Positions 37,915-49,249 of a DNA stretch of 64,000 nt are shown in pieces. Origin of the DNA: Phoronis australis (lineage: Eukaryota; Animalia; Phoronida); contig NMRA01000139.1 of assembly GCA_002633005.1 (NCBI GenBank), positions 620,001 to 684,000 of the forward strand. Direction: 5' to 3'. The stretch's first letter is position 1. Every line of letters begins with the position of its first letter. The position numbers and the translations under genes were made by a program. Below the pieces are notes generated by a model that was given only the letters and a program-made list of their open reading frames with translations, did not search any database and was not told the DNA's origin.

Positions 37915-40900
37915 CTTGAAGTATAAATATTGCGATAAATTTCTTCGTTTTTCAAACCTCATCAGTTTTTTGCAAATATCAAAACGTTTTGTCCAAAACT
38001 AGGGCTGAAATGTTGACATCAATATTTTAGCCCCGGTTCGGTTAATCTGCTGAAAGGGAACCTGTCCAAAACCCGTTGTGCGGTGAAGAACAGAGCCTGA
38101 TGATTTAAAAATAAAGTTTTTCACAAAAAAGATCAACAAGCGTGTCTTTTTGTGATCAGCCGGGCTCAAGACAGATTTGAAACCGCCACCTTAGTGGTCA
38201 CATTATTGCTAAGAGCCACAGAGGCAAAGAACCGTGAAGTTATTTAAAATCACAAGATTAAAGGTCTTGATTTCAATCAGTTCTACCGAGAAGTCTACCT
38301 TAACCAAAAACATTCCTAAAACTCGTTTTTGGCAGGAATTTCACCGACTGCGTCTATTTGATGGCAATGTCTCTCTGACATCACGCACTTACCAACGAAG
38401 GCTCACTGTTCATCACAATTATCATTCGAGAAGAATTTTGATCGCACAAGATTTTGCCCATTGTCTCAACAAGAATTAAAGGAATATTTTACGATAAAAA
38501 TAAACCTTTTCCGCAAATTGTTCTTGTAAGGCCTTGGAGCGCGGTTTTCTAAATTCATTTCTGAGAAGTCAGTTCGCATTCAGCAGGAAAATAGTGTACG
38601 ATGTGGGCTTGTTTGTCTCGAAGTAAATAGCTTATTACGATTAACAGAGCAAATATTCCGGATGCGATGAAGGCTTCTAGATCGGAAATAGTTTTCCTGG
38701 GTAAACATCTACAAAACATATGAAGCCCCCAATTTGGCGAATTGGGCAAAAAGGTCCGCCTCAGTGAAACAAAAAGTCCAAATAAACGAGACAAATTTAT
38801 GCAAAATCCACCGGAAGTCGGCTCGGATGCACGGTTCGTGAGACAGAACCTAGTAGCCTCGTTTTTCTTTAGTCCTCGTTGATTTCTTTCAGTAAAAGGT
38901 TATCATATCGAAACAAATCGAGTCCCTCTATATTTTTGGCTGGGTGCACGCATGCTGCATGACGTGAGGCACCAACATCCTAGATGAATACACAGTATAC
39001 CTTACCTTTCGCAGTGAGATCGTGACCCGGTCTCTTCATGCAAACCATCCAGGCTAGCCACTGGCAAATGCCACGCTTTACCTGTAACACATTTGATGCA
39101 ATACATTATGGCCTACTCGGCGCGATTCCACATCATATCTCTATGGGAGCAGTAGACCGTCGCTGCTGCTGCGTGCAATTTTGGAATTGAGATAAAAAAC
39201 CTCGACACACCTTAGAATCAAAACTAAGTGTCCTGTCACAAAGTTTGTCCTCACTAAGTTATCTAAAGCGAGAGTGAAGCGGTGATATACAATCTCTGCG
39301 AGAATCACGTGAGTGGTGTCTATTTGAAGTATTGTGTTATAATATACAGAAGGTAAGTTATTTGAGAACTGACCAGGCCGCGAATGTGGCCCCATTGCAT
39401 TGTGTTTTATTATTAAATAGTTTAAACTGAGCTGAAAAGCTGGAAAGTTGACTCAATGGTGTTGCAAGGTGCTCCAGTAGAACTCAAACACACGACATCG
39501 AGTAAAGGAAGCCGGCACTTATCACTCTAAGGCTCCCTCTGAGGCCTTAACGCAGTGTTGTGTCAAAGATGGCTTTTTTCCCAATATGACCAGTACGACA
39601 AATCGAGAACTAATTGAACATCCACTTAACTTTTCATTTCAACTGCATGGCATAAGCGGATCTAAGAACTTGAAATAACCGAAACTGTTTGCACGTGCCA
39701 TTGTCTGCACCTACATTTGATTTTGACGGGCAGGGTCAAACAGCTAAACTATCTGGTCAGTTCTCGACAGCGACGTCCGGCTTACAGGACAAGCAGATGT
39801 CTTAGTAGGTAGACCTGCTGATACCTGCGAAGACCGTGGGAGTGCAGCCAGAGTCAATTGATATTGTATTAATTTCACACGAAGTATAACTCGACTCCTT
39901 TACATGCAATTTAATTTAACCCCCTTAGACATGGCGAGATGTTATGCTACTCAATACAACATGTGTCTTGACAAATTGTACACGCGTTGGAGATTTTTAT
40001 ACCCGGGTCAAAGATGATGCTTCTTTGTGGCATATCCCACACAAAGATAGATTAATCCTTATGTCGAATTTCCAACCATCTTATTCGTCAATATAAGGTA
40101 CAACAACTCCAAAGCACGAAGCGGTTTCAAAAAGAAAATGCCGGAGACATTTCACCATCGTTGTCGAACTTACTTCGGGGCCCGACACAACTGAACTTCT
40201 TTTAAGAACTAATAAAGTTACATAATTTTCCTGTCACGTCACGTGGAATTTCTAAAGTTAACTTCATGTGTATCTTGCGATCGGTTAAACTTTAAACAAA
40301 ATTTGACAGTCATAGGTCCTAATCACACATGTAATTGTCTATAAATTGGAAAGATGGAAAAATACCTACCCACCGTGGCATTTCATGAGTTGAGGCGCTT
40401 CGGTGGTGGAAGTTGAGAACCAGAATTGTGGACACGACTGTTGCAGCGCACAGTATCACAACGATTCCAAAATATACAGCTGGAATGGAAAATTATTCGA
40501 GCAAGTTGATCTACTCACGCATGGGCTATAATAATGTTAATAAATTTTTACCTTCTTTTATGCATTAGGAAGTTAACGCAATTGCGTTTATTTATTTATT
40601 TTTGCAAACCAGTTAGCAAGTGCAAATACTAAATCACGCTTCACCTTTAAACCCCGGCCTACATACCGCCCTTAGTCGTGCACGACTTTGAAATCTGAAA
40701 ATTGTCGCATACGACTACTGCTGAGTCGAAAGAAAATCGGAACAAAATAGCGACAGGCTGAATCCAAACCCACATATCATGTATGTCTTTTAAGCACGAA
40801 AAGTCTCGTCGAAACAAATATATACACGAAATGATCAGACGTATTTGACAGAAGATTAGATACGAAGGCATGTAGGACTAACTCTGTTGTGAAGAGAAGA

Positions 40901-43900
40901 CGTTATAACTATCACTAATGTTAGGCAAGGGGTAACAATCAAAATGGCAGCAAATTATGCTTACGTCATTTAAATCTATGAAGTTGCTACACGCCAACCT
41001 TCTATGAATGACGATATCGACCATCCACTTTTGTTGTTGTTCCTTACAATGTGATTCTAGGCTCGAAAGAATAAAGAATTGACAGGTCGTTTATACCTGA
41101 GTCCTGACTTCAGTAATCAGTTGGATTGTAGTACCCATGTCTCAGAAATCAAACTCAATTCGGACTTTTACGAAAGATGTTGAGATTGGTTACACAACGC
41201 TAAGTGGACAAACTCTACGGTTAATGCTTTAAGTGCCTTAACATGTTTGACTCTTCAATATACTTACACAAAAGTGGTACAGCGTCCGAAGTGGACGGTA
41301 AGCTTTCAGATACAACCATCATGAACACCGTGTATGCCAACAGTATTGTCACTCCTGGAAAGAGGTGGGAAATTGACCACTCTGATATGATGGACTTAAA
41401 CATCAGATTTAAATTGCATGCCCGTGTGAAGGCGCACTTTGGCTGGAGATGAATATTTGCCGTTTCATTGTTTATAACTACGCACGTGTGGACCATCATA
41501 AGATGTAGATTTCTAGCCTTAATGAAAAACGTCGGTATCGGCACCATTATCATGACTTTCACCATCTTCACCACCACACGCACCTCCAGACACACGCTGC
41601 AAGACCCACTGCAACAGACACCGCAATAAACACCAATAATTATCGCCATCGTCATCATCATCATCATGACTTTATTATCATCGTCGCGTTGTCGACGTCG
41701 TCGTCGTCTCTGTCCTCTGCGCACTATACTCACCAAAAGAGATCTTCTCACCAGCGTCTGGGGGTATGGTAAATGTCAACAGAGTCATTCCCGACAGGAG
41801 AAGCGCTGGTGCGATAAGGTTCACAAGGTAAAAGAGCTTTCTCCTCAACAACACAAACTTGAATTTAATGTCAATATATGGCGCATCCGGGCAGCACTCG
41901 TAAAGCTCGACATACCTCTTGGCAGGCATTTCTGTAAATTGTGAGGAAACAATTAACCAGGGTGTTTACACATGACGTCATTTAAAAGCAAAGACACGTA
42001 ATGCTTCCCCTGTGGACGTACATCTTCAATTACTGCCAACAGGACGCCAGAGGTATCCCGCAAATGTCAAGTGTTAGAGATTGATTTCTTTCAGTTATGC
42101 ACTCGATCAACTTTCTTCACCCCGCATGAAACCGCGTGTCGCATGCGAAAATGATGGCATCTGCTCAGTGCTTTTAATATTTCACGGAATTGGTGGCCAG
42201 AAAAAAAATCAAAATAAGCTGCACGAAATCGAAATTTTGGTGCAGAAATCTGCAACTCGACATAATAGATTTTGTTCGATTAGATACAGTATCAGTTTTA
42301 GCAAAATCGATACAAAATTTCGTGGAAAATATATCTGAATCTAAATAAGGCGATCCAGATCCTCTCAATGATACTATTGTTTCACGAAATGTAGGATATA
42401 TATACATGTAGGTAAATAAAACAACAAGAATGGATCAACTGAAATTTTCGGATATATCAACACCCATCGTCAACAGAAACAGAAATAAAGTAAAATCAAT
42501 CACTATTTGACAACTGACATATAAGATGTGGCATAATCGACTAAACACCAATTTATTAATAATTCTGGCAAGAATATTTATGAGTTTGGCAGGTCCTGGC
42601 CAAGTTCTACCTAATCTGTCTAATTTTATCAAGGCTTACATGAGGGAAAATGTACATGAAAATGAGCGTCATGGGTTCACTGATGTCCATTTGATGAAAT
42701 CAAGGTTTTTACCTAACAAGTCCCATTCTCCATTTGGAGTGAAAGTATTCAAATCAGCGCTCTCTGCTTTCAGTCGAAGATCTAGCTTAGTACCATCGTA
42801 CGTCCACGATCCAAATTTCATGATGCATTCCTGCTTGTCAAAAGGAAACCACGTGATGTCTATTTTGCATGTCGACCTAAACATGCCGGGAGGGATATAA
42901 GATGTGCTTCCGTCATTGTACACAATGACATTGGTCTGAAATGTGCTGTCAAAGCTATCATCAGCACTGAAAAATACAAACAATTCCAACTGAAACATAA
43001 GAAGGAAAATGATAGCGAATTGCTTTCTTTATATACGAAAGCTGAGTTGCGAAGACGAGAATAATTCATACGCACGCAATGTAAGAGTTTATTGATATTT
43101 CCAGATCAATTGCCACAACTGGAAAAGTAACCTAAACCCATATTTGGTGATTTTAAGGGAAACTTGATATTCTCACAATTACAACACTTTGCAATGGAGA
43201 AAATGTATGATTTCCTCAAACAACTTCCTGGTTACAAAAATGGCTTGTTTGGATCAGGACAATCTTAAGCCATATCTACAATGGTGTGCGCTAGGTCCTC
43301 GCTAAAAAGCAAGAATTCACGAAATTATGTGAGATATTGCCGTGCATTTTAAATAGAGAACATGTGTCTTTGGCTAGATTTAGCGAGGTCCTATAGTAGG
43401 TCCTAGCGTTAATCAACGCAGGTCTAATTTTAGACATAACGTGCGTTTCACCTACATGTACGTGGATTTAACATCTGAAAGCCTGTTTTTGTTGACCATG
43501 AGGAGTGTTCAGTAAAACAATGTATCTTACTGTTTCGATCTTGTTTAACCCAACTCATCACTGCTGGTCAAGCTATATAAATATAACTGAACCCATCACG
43601 GCGGGTCCAGTTTATAAATAGACCCATCCCGAATTTGGTGTACCCAGTTACTAAGAGAGACTTCGCTGATCAACATTTACCGACAGGTGTACCCACCTAT
43701 AATCATATTTTACGTAGAAACACATACATTTTTGTGTGTGTCCCCATTTTTGTCCTTGAAAATCAAAATTTTACTAGACAAGAAAAGTTCAAATTAAATA
43801 AGAAACTATTGATATGCTTTACTGTGGGTATAAATAGCACACAGCAGTTCAAACATCTGCGAAAAAGGTCAATAATCTTTTCTCATGACGAAAAATGCTC

Positions 43901-45569
43901 CCTCTTAGAACTAAACAGAGAAAAGGCCAGTGTTATGGAGAACAAGAAAACTGGCGCCAAATCAACATAAGCAGCAGACTTGGAAAGATATTGGCCCAGA
44001 GTAGCTGCAGAGTTCCCACAGTCGGAGAAATGCAGTGACAAACAGCTATAGGACATTTGGAGACACTCAAACATGAAGGCAAGAAAGATAATTTCAACAT
44101 TTTTCGTTTTCAATATCTTCGTAGATGTACACACAATAACGTACATGCCCACGAGTAGCTGTAACATAATAAATGCCTAAATTAATTTCCATGTCATTTC
44201 CACAGTTTATCTTTTGCCCGAGGCCAAGGGGAGGGCAGAAGGACCCCTGCCTGGCCCCTTAAATCCGTCACTGGGGTCAGAGATTTTGGAATTCGGTCAG
44301 GAGAAACATAGCGGGATGATGTCGTCTTTAGCCCCGCCCGTAGCCCTTATTACGACGACGCCCTGCTCGATCAGACGTAGTCTGAGGAGTTTGAAGGACA
44401 TCCTGCAACACGTACTGGTGTACGTTTGAGCTCGTGTCGTCTTAAATCTGAACTTTAAAAATAGTTCATTCGCGCTCTAAAATTGTGTCGGCTTATCACG
44501 GAGTTAATCGGCTGCACGGTTGCGCATACCTATATCCCGCAAGAGTCTGCCATATTTTAAAGACTTAACCCTGGGTCTGACCAGGTCCAAAGTTAAAGCT
44601 GGTTTAAGATCTTAATACAGGTCTAAGGAATATAGACTTCTTTGGTGATATGAAAATTGACTTAGACCCGGTCTAAACCGGGTTTAAACCAGGTTTTACT
44701 TAACCACTGGTCTAGAAGTTCAACATAAATGCAGAAGTCTTTAAACGTGGTCCAAGTCCAATTTAAATCAGATTTAACCACCCTCTTGAAATCGACTGTA
44801 TATGTCTATTAGCGCGCATTTACCTGTTGTACATTAGAACGTCAGGCATCCACATGTACTTCGGGTGAATTCTGATGTTTGTGACGTTGCCGTAGTCATT
44901 CGGATCCCACCGCAAGTTTCTGTCATTCCAAGCCTGCAATAACAGTAAACAATGCGCCGGCTATACCTATTGTCTGAGTACAGTGTCAGTTCACGAATTT
45001 CTTAAATTTATGCGCATAATACGGATAAAAATCTTACCAGATCAAGCCAACAATTTGAGGTCACGATCTGATTTTTCTCGTCCTAAAATAGAATGAACAA
45101 ATGTTACGGCACATCTCCAGAAGAACTGACTGCTTGCTATTGTTTCAAACCATGATTTGCGGGATAGGTACCTCTGGCTCTTTAGACGAGACAATCGCGG
45201 GTACTAACAGGCTACCAACTCTTCCCAGAGCTAGGAAATCACCACTAATCTGAGCATGAAGGTTAAGGTAATAAACGGTAATTGCAGTTTTTTAATAGAA
45301 GGCGTGATTCAACACATTTAAAGTCTAAAAAGAAGAGTTTACACTAACGGAACCTGTTCCGACGGCAACTGAAATTAAATTAGCAGCATGCGTATTGTTC
45401 GAAAGAATGCAGCGATGCAAAGATCTTACCACATCAATCAGGTCCTGTAACGTTAACCCCATAGTTACAACAATTGGATCATTCTCGTTTTCAACCGGCC
45501 TTTCGAGACCTTGGTAACCGTTCATCAGCTTGTTCAATAATCTCTTTTCATGAGCACCTTGGAGAGATT
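37556..45569 (-). CDS. CHRNA7-like: alpha7-like nAChR subunit gene B (exons 2-10; signal-peptide exon not located)
   Basis: Minus-strand exons 45569-45430 (140 nt, SLQGAHEKRL..), 45082-45038 (45), 44933-44824 (110), 42966-42713 (254, Cys-loop, FGSWTYDG), 41931-41734 (198, YECCPDAPY, TM1), 41354-41268 (87, TM2), 40479-40370 (110, TM3), 39081-39006 (76), 37914-37556 (TM4, stop). All are GT-AG and in frame. The 140/45/110/87/110 sizes and the PPDAGEKIS..TSDAVPL motifs match alpha7-type genes. Confidence 0.9.
39006..39081 (-). CDS. Gene B exon 9 (MX helix, 76 nt)
   Basis: VKRGICQWLAWMVCMKRPGHDLTAK; ttacag| and G|gtaagg. Confidence 0.88.
40370..40479 (-). CDS. Gene B exon 8 (TM3, 110 nt)
   Basis: VYFGIVVILCAATVVSTILVLNFHHRSASTHEMPRW; ttccag| and TGG|gtaggt. 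Confidence 0.92.
41268..41354 (-). CDS. Gene B exon 7 (TM2, 87 nt)
   Basis: GVTILLAYTVFMMVVSESLPSTSDAVPLL; ttccag| and |gtaagt. Confidence 0.92.
41734..41931 (-). CDS. Gene B exon 6 (loop C, TM1)
   Basis: YECCPDAPYID...PPDAGEKISF; ttacag| and G|gtgagt. Confidence 0.93.
42713..42966 (-). CDS. Gene B exon 5 (Cys-loop, loop B)
   Basis: Within ORF 42669..42998; ADDSFDSTF...CKIDITWFPFDKQEC...GEWDLL. Confidence 0.93.
43285..43420. mobile_element. Diverged copy of the 33083-33213 MITE family
   Basis: Shared ctcgctaaa / gcaaga / tttggcta / tcctagcgtta blocks in reverse orientation. Confidence 0.5.
44824..44933 (-). CDS. Gene B exon 4 (AWNDRNLRWDPNDYGNV...WMPDVLMYN)
   Basis: 110-nt loop A exon, ttgcag| and AG|gtaaat. 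Confidence 0.92.
45038..45082 (-). CDS. Gene B exon 3 (DEKNQIVTSNCWLDL)
   Basis: 45-nt exon, ttttag| and |gtaaga. Confidence 0.92.
45430..45569 (-). CDS. Gene B exon 2
   Basis: tttcag|AATCT...GATGTG|gtaaga; SLQGAHEKRLLNKLMNGYQGLERPV. Confidence 0.92.
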
Positions 45570-46362
45570 CTGAAAACATCGAGATTGATGAGAGAACTTC
45601 ATGTGTGAGTGGAAAACTCTTGGTATTCGAACAACGTGTCTATCGAACAGTGGTGCTTCCGCTTATCAGCGAGAAAAGGGGTTTCCTGAGATCAGCTGTA
45701 GAAAGAATTGAACGTAGAACGTTCGCAGCCGCAGTCACACGATTTGCTGGGCGGAGCTAAACGCAGCTTGATAAGAGGTAGCCACTCAATACTTGAAAAG
45801 CATTCTAAATTTTAATGGTAAAGTTGTGTTAGAAGTAAGTAACACATGACAATTATCTACCGTCTGTCGATGATCACTGCTTGGGGTAATCTAGACTTAA
45901 CACTGAGACTCAACTAAGTGAGATATTTTGGGACTATTTTCTTGACATTTGGCTAATAATAACAAGGTATCTAAGTAGGTCATTAAGTAAGCATTCCTCT
46001 CATTAGTTGATGTGTGGCTAATTAAGTTATACTAGCCAATTAAAAGCAAGGTCACACATAGATAGTAACACTCGGTATGGTTGCATCTAGGGATATAATT
46101 AATGTGATTGATGAAAATATTTGTTCATATTGGACATTGCTTCAACTGGTAAGTTTATTTTCCTCATGAATCCAGAACGAAACGCCTATGCCTGCACTTT
46201 AGTCTAAATCTGCAGCATTAAATATGAACTTGTGTACAAATTTAGTCAAAATTTATGAATGGAAAATGGTCAGTTAAACTCTCTAATCTACAACAGTCTT
46301 TCACTATTGGGTTTGATCAGTAAACGTGTGTTTGCTTATTTCGCTGTATTTCCAAGTTGCTA

Positions 46363-47222
46363 CAGTGGCGGATCTAGGATATCATAAGGGGGGGCCCAAC
46401 ATTTTGTCCGGCTGGAAGCATTTGNCCAAGAAAAAAAGGCAAAAAAAAAAAAAACACGGAGAACGTGTCAAACAGGAAAGCAATGCAAGTCGCAAAGACT
46501 CGAACTCACGACCTGGCGCATAGACCACGCGTACGTTACCACTACGCCACCACGATTTAACTTCAACTCTCATACTAAAAAGACTTACTTGTTTATGGGC
46601 AACAGCGTTTGCGCGCGAAACCTACTTCATTTTGTAATGCTTATTACACGTTTTATATTTTGTGCCATCAATTCTTAACAGATTTGTCGTCAAATGCCCA
46701 AAAGACCAAATCCATTTTTCGTGTTGGCAATAATGACAGGATTGCTTTGGAAACCGTCTTAAGATAATGTTTGATAAAGAGAGTATTGCGAGTTTCTGAG
46801 TGATTCACTAAGGCTTCGATTAAAATTCACATCTTACCAGCAGCTTCTGTTTTTCATCGTCACTCAGGTTCCATTTTCTTTAAAAACTGAAGTAAATTTT
46901 CTTCATTGCACAGTGGAGCAGACGACGGAAACGGAGTCGTAGTGCACAGCTCCGCTGCCGGTCGCCTAGGATATCGCGGGATATTCTCTACTTAGCCATA
47001 GTTCCGTTTCGAACGCGCAGTGTTTCGAATTTGACACTTGAAATTGGATTTGAGCCCCCCAACACTAAAACTGCACACATTTAAATCTTTTTTCATCAGT
47101 ATAATTTTAATTACCGGGGTTAATTAATAAACTCACCATTTCCCTACGCTCTTACTGTTTTATTTTTTTGCGGCAGCCAAGGAGGGGGGCGGGTCCCCTG
47201 GGCCCCCCTAAATCCGCCTATG
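46363..47222. mobile_element. Non-autonomous DNA transposon (hAT-like termini) containing a tRNA-like segment
   Basis: TIRs CAGTGGCGGATCTAGG / CCTAAATCCGCCTATG with TGCTA on both flanks; a similar right end occurs at ~44241-44273. Confidence 0.6.
46489..46556 (-). pseudogene. tRNA-derived (SINE-head-like) sequence
   Basis: Pol III A-box TGGCGTAGTGG and B-box GTTCGAGTC at tRNA-like spacing, but no proper anticodon arm or acceptor stem. Confidence 0.5.
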
Positions 47223-47935
47223 TGCTATTTATTCCCAAGATACTTGTGCATCTCTTGTGATTTGTACATGTAAACTGCTGTGTACGTAACGAGGCTGATA
47301 GAGGCTAGTTCTTTCACAGCAAGAAACGACTGAGATTGGTGACCTGAAGTTTTCAGTAATATCTTGCTGTTTGCGATATGGAAGAAAGAGATAACTAAAA
47401 CATGCCTCAAAAGTCCCGTACATGGGCCTTCACGCTATAAGCGAAATAATTCATTTTCAGGGAACACGGAGAAATGGAAAGATCCAAAATACAAGGTCAT
47501 GGAGTTTAAAGTCAAAGTATTGCTATTCTCTATTACATGTATATTGTGGTTTCTATGAGTCTACCATGATCTGTACTGATTGTTGAGTTAGATACGAAAA
47601 CCAGACAAACACTTGTTCTATAGTTGGACGTTACGAACAGGGTATTTCAGTGAAAGAACATGATTATTAAGGTAATTTAATACATGATATTGTATTCAAA
47701 TCTAAACCAATAAATACATGATCTTATTGGGGATTAGTGTGTTAAAGAACCACAAAACTTGTAAGTTCAGAGTTATTGGGTGAAGTGGATGCGTCATCCA
47801 ACTGATGCCAAATCAGTAGAACTGAATTGAGCTCGTCGCTTTCAATAAATTACTCCTTTTCCATCTGGTGCAGTGGAAATTTGGGATTTTATCCACATTA
47901 AGGGCGAATGTAGCTTTCTGTTTAAAAGAGACCTG

Positions 47936-48182
47936 GGGCCTATTCCAACAAAACTTACTTAGCTAAGACAATTCTTAAACTATTCTAAATTTTAATATAA
48001 ACGTTAAATTTGTCTCAAAACCATTTCAAGAAAGAGATCTTAGGTTTGATTTAAGTGTTTGATGTAAGTTTTTTCTTAATTTCAACGAACTTACCGGTTG
48101 TGGAAGTTTCAAGATTTAAAGTTCAGAGAAATCTTAGACTTAAGTCAAAAATGAACTTAAGTCGGTCTCTTGGAACGGGCCC
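47936..48182. mobile_element. PIF/Harbinger-like MITE
   Basis: TIRs GGGCCTATTCCAA / TTGGAACGGGCCC flanked by a 3-bp CTG duplication. Confidence 0.7.
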
Positions 48183-49124
48183 CTGAACTACATGTTTCAG
48201 CATTTTAGTATGACTTTTGAAAGTATAAAGGTTGGTTTCTGACATTCACATTCATCTCCTTAAATAGAGCACAGTATTTTTCTTTTTACTATGAAAAAAA
48301 TACTTGTTCCGTAAACCCCCACTGCGAGCGCTGTTTTTCGTGAGGTCACTGATGCTGCACAGCTCAAAAAGATATAGGTCATTGGCTTGGGAAGTATATA
48401 TTCCAGTAAACAGATCAAGTTGTACATACAACCTTTTTGTTTTTCTACCCTGTGACGTTGGTGCATCTTGGGGCCAATCCAGCCAGGTAGTAGTTTTGGT
48501 ATACTAATTTGCACCGATGTGGGTAAAAAAGTGGGAAGATAAAATCTAACACAAAATTAATGTCATTACAAATTACAGTCTTCCATGAGTAAACTAAATT
48601 ATTTAAAGGTGCTGGAAAAAGGCCTTATTCTGCTGCTAATGCTGTGGAGCGATATCGGCAACATGAAATATTGCGTCACCTATTGGCCAGTTTCTTCTTT
48701 CGCCTATTCTTCAATCGACTGTTCTTCTTTCACGAAGTTGCGTACACGTCACAACAATTTATCGGAACTGGTTTCACTTTATTGTAAGTTTTTAGAATTT
48801 TGATACCGAAAAACCGAATTTCAAAAAAAAAATTGCTGCTGCCAAGCTATCATCATCTCCCAAGAGATGTCCCAAAAATTAGGAAATGGCGCGTGTGCGT
48901 GACACGAGCGTACTGCTTTCAAAACGGCGACGTACTTTTCATTTTTAAAAAAGGAGGACAGTTGCGCAAGAAAATGACATTTATTGCATTGTTTTTAAAC
49001 GGCTTGTTTCCCAGATTTTGCATGCACCCCGTCCGATCTCTAGCTTTACGTGTTGATACGAGTTTCAAGGCGAGGTGACGGGCAGAACTACCCTGACTGT
49101 GTGCAATTTCGGGGTATACGAAAG

Positions 49125-49249
49125 AAACACACAGTGGTACCTAGCTGCATTTTGATGACAGTATTCATACAGTTAGCTGGCTGGCTAGCCAGTTAGCTGC
49201 AGGAAGACTATCGTCAAAATACAGCTACATGTAGGTACCAGTGTGTGTT
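49125..49249. repeat. Imperfect ~125-bp palindrome
   Basis: aacacac..tggtaccta..gctgcattttgatgacagt is mirrored by actatcgtcaaaatacagc..taggtacca..gtgtgtt; a partial copy lies at ~51525-51555. Confidence 0.6.

Noticed and set aside
41221-41751. 176-aa ORF with poly-Arg/poly-Met
   Set aside because: It reads through intronic CAT/CGT/CAC trinucleotide low-complexity sequence into the real TM2 exon.
46489-46556. Functional tRNA gene
   Set aside because: A and B boxes are present, but there is no 7-nt anticodon loop or good acceptor stem, and it sits inside a transposon.
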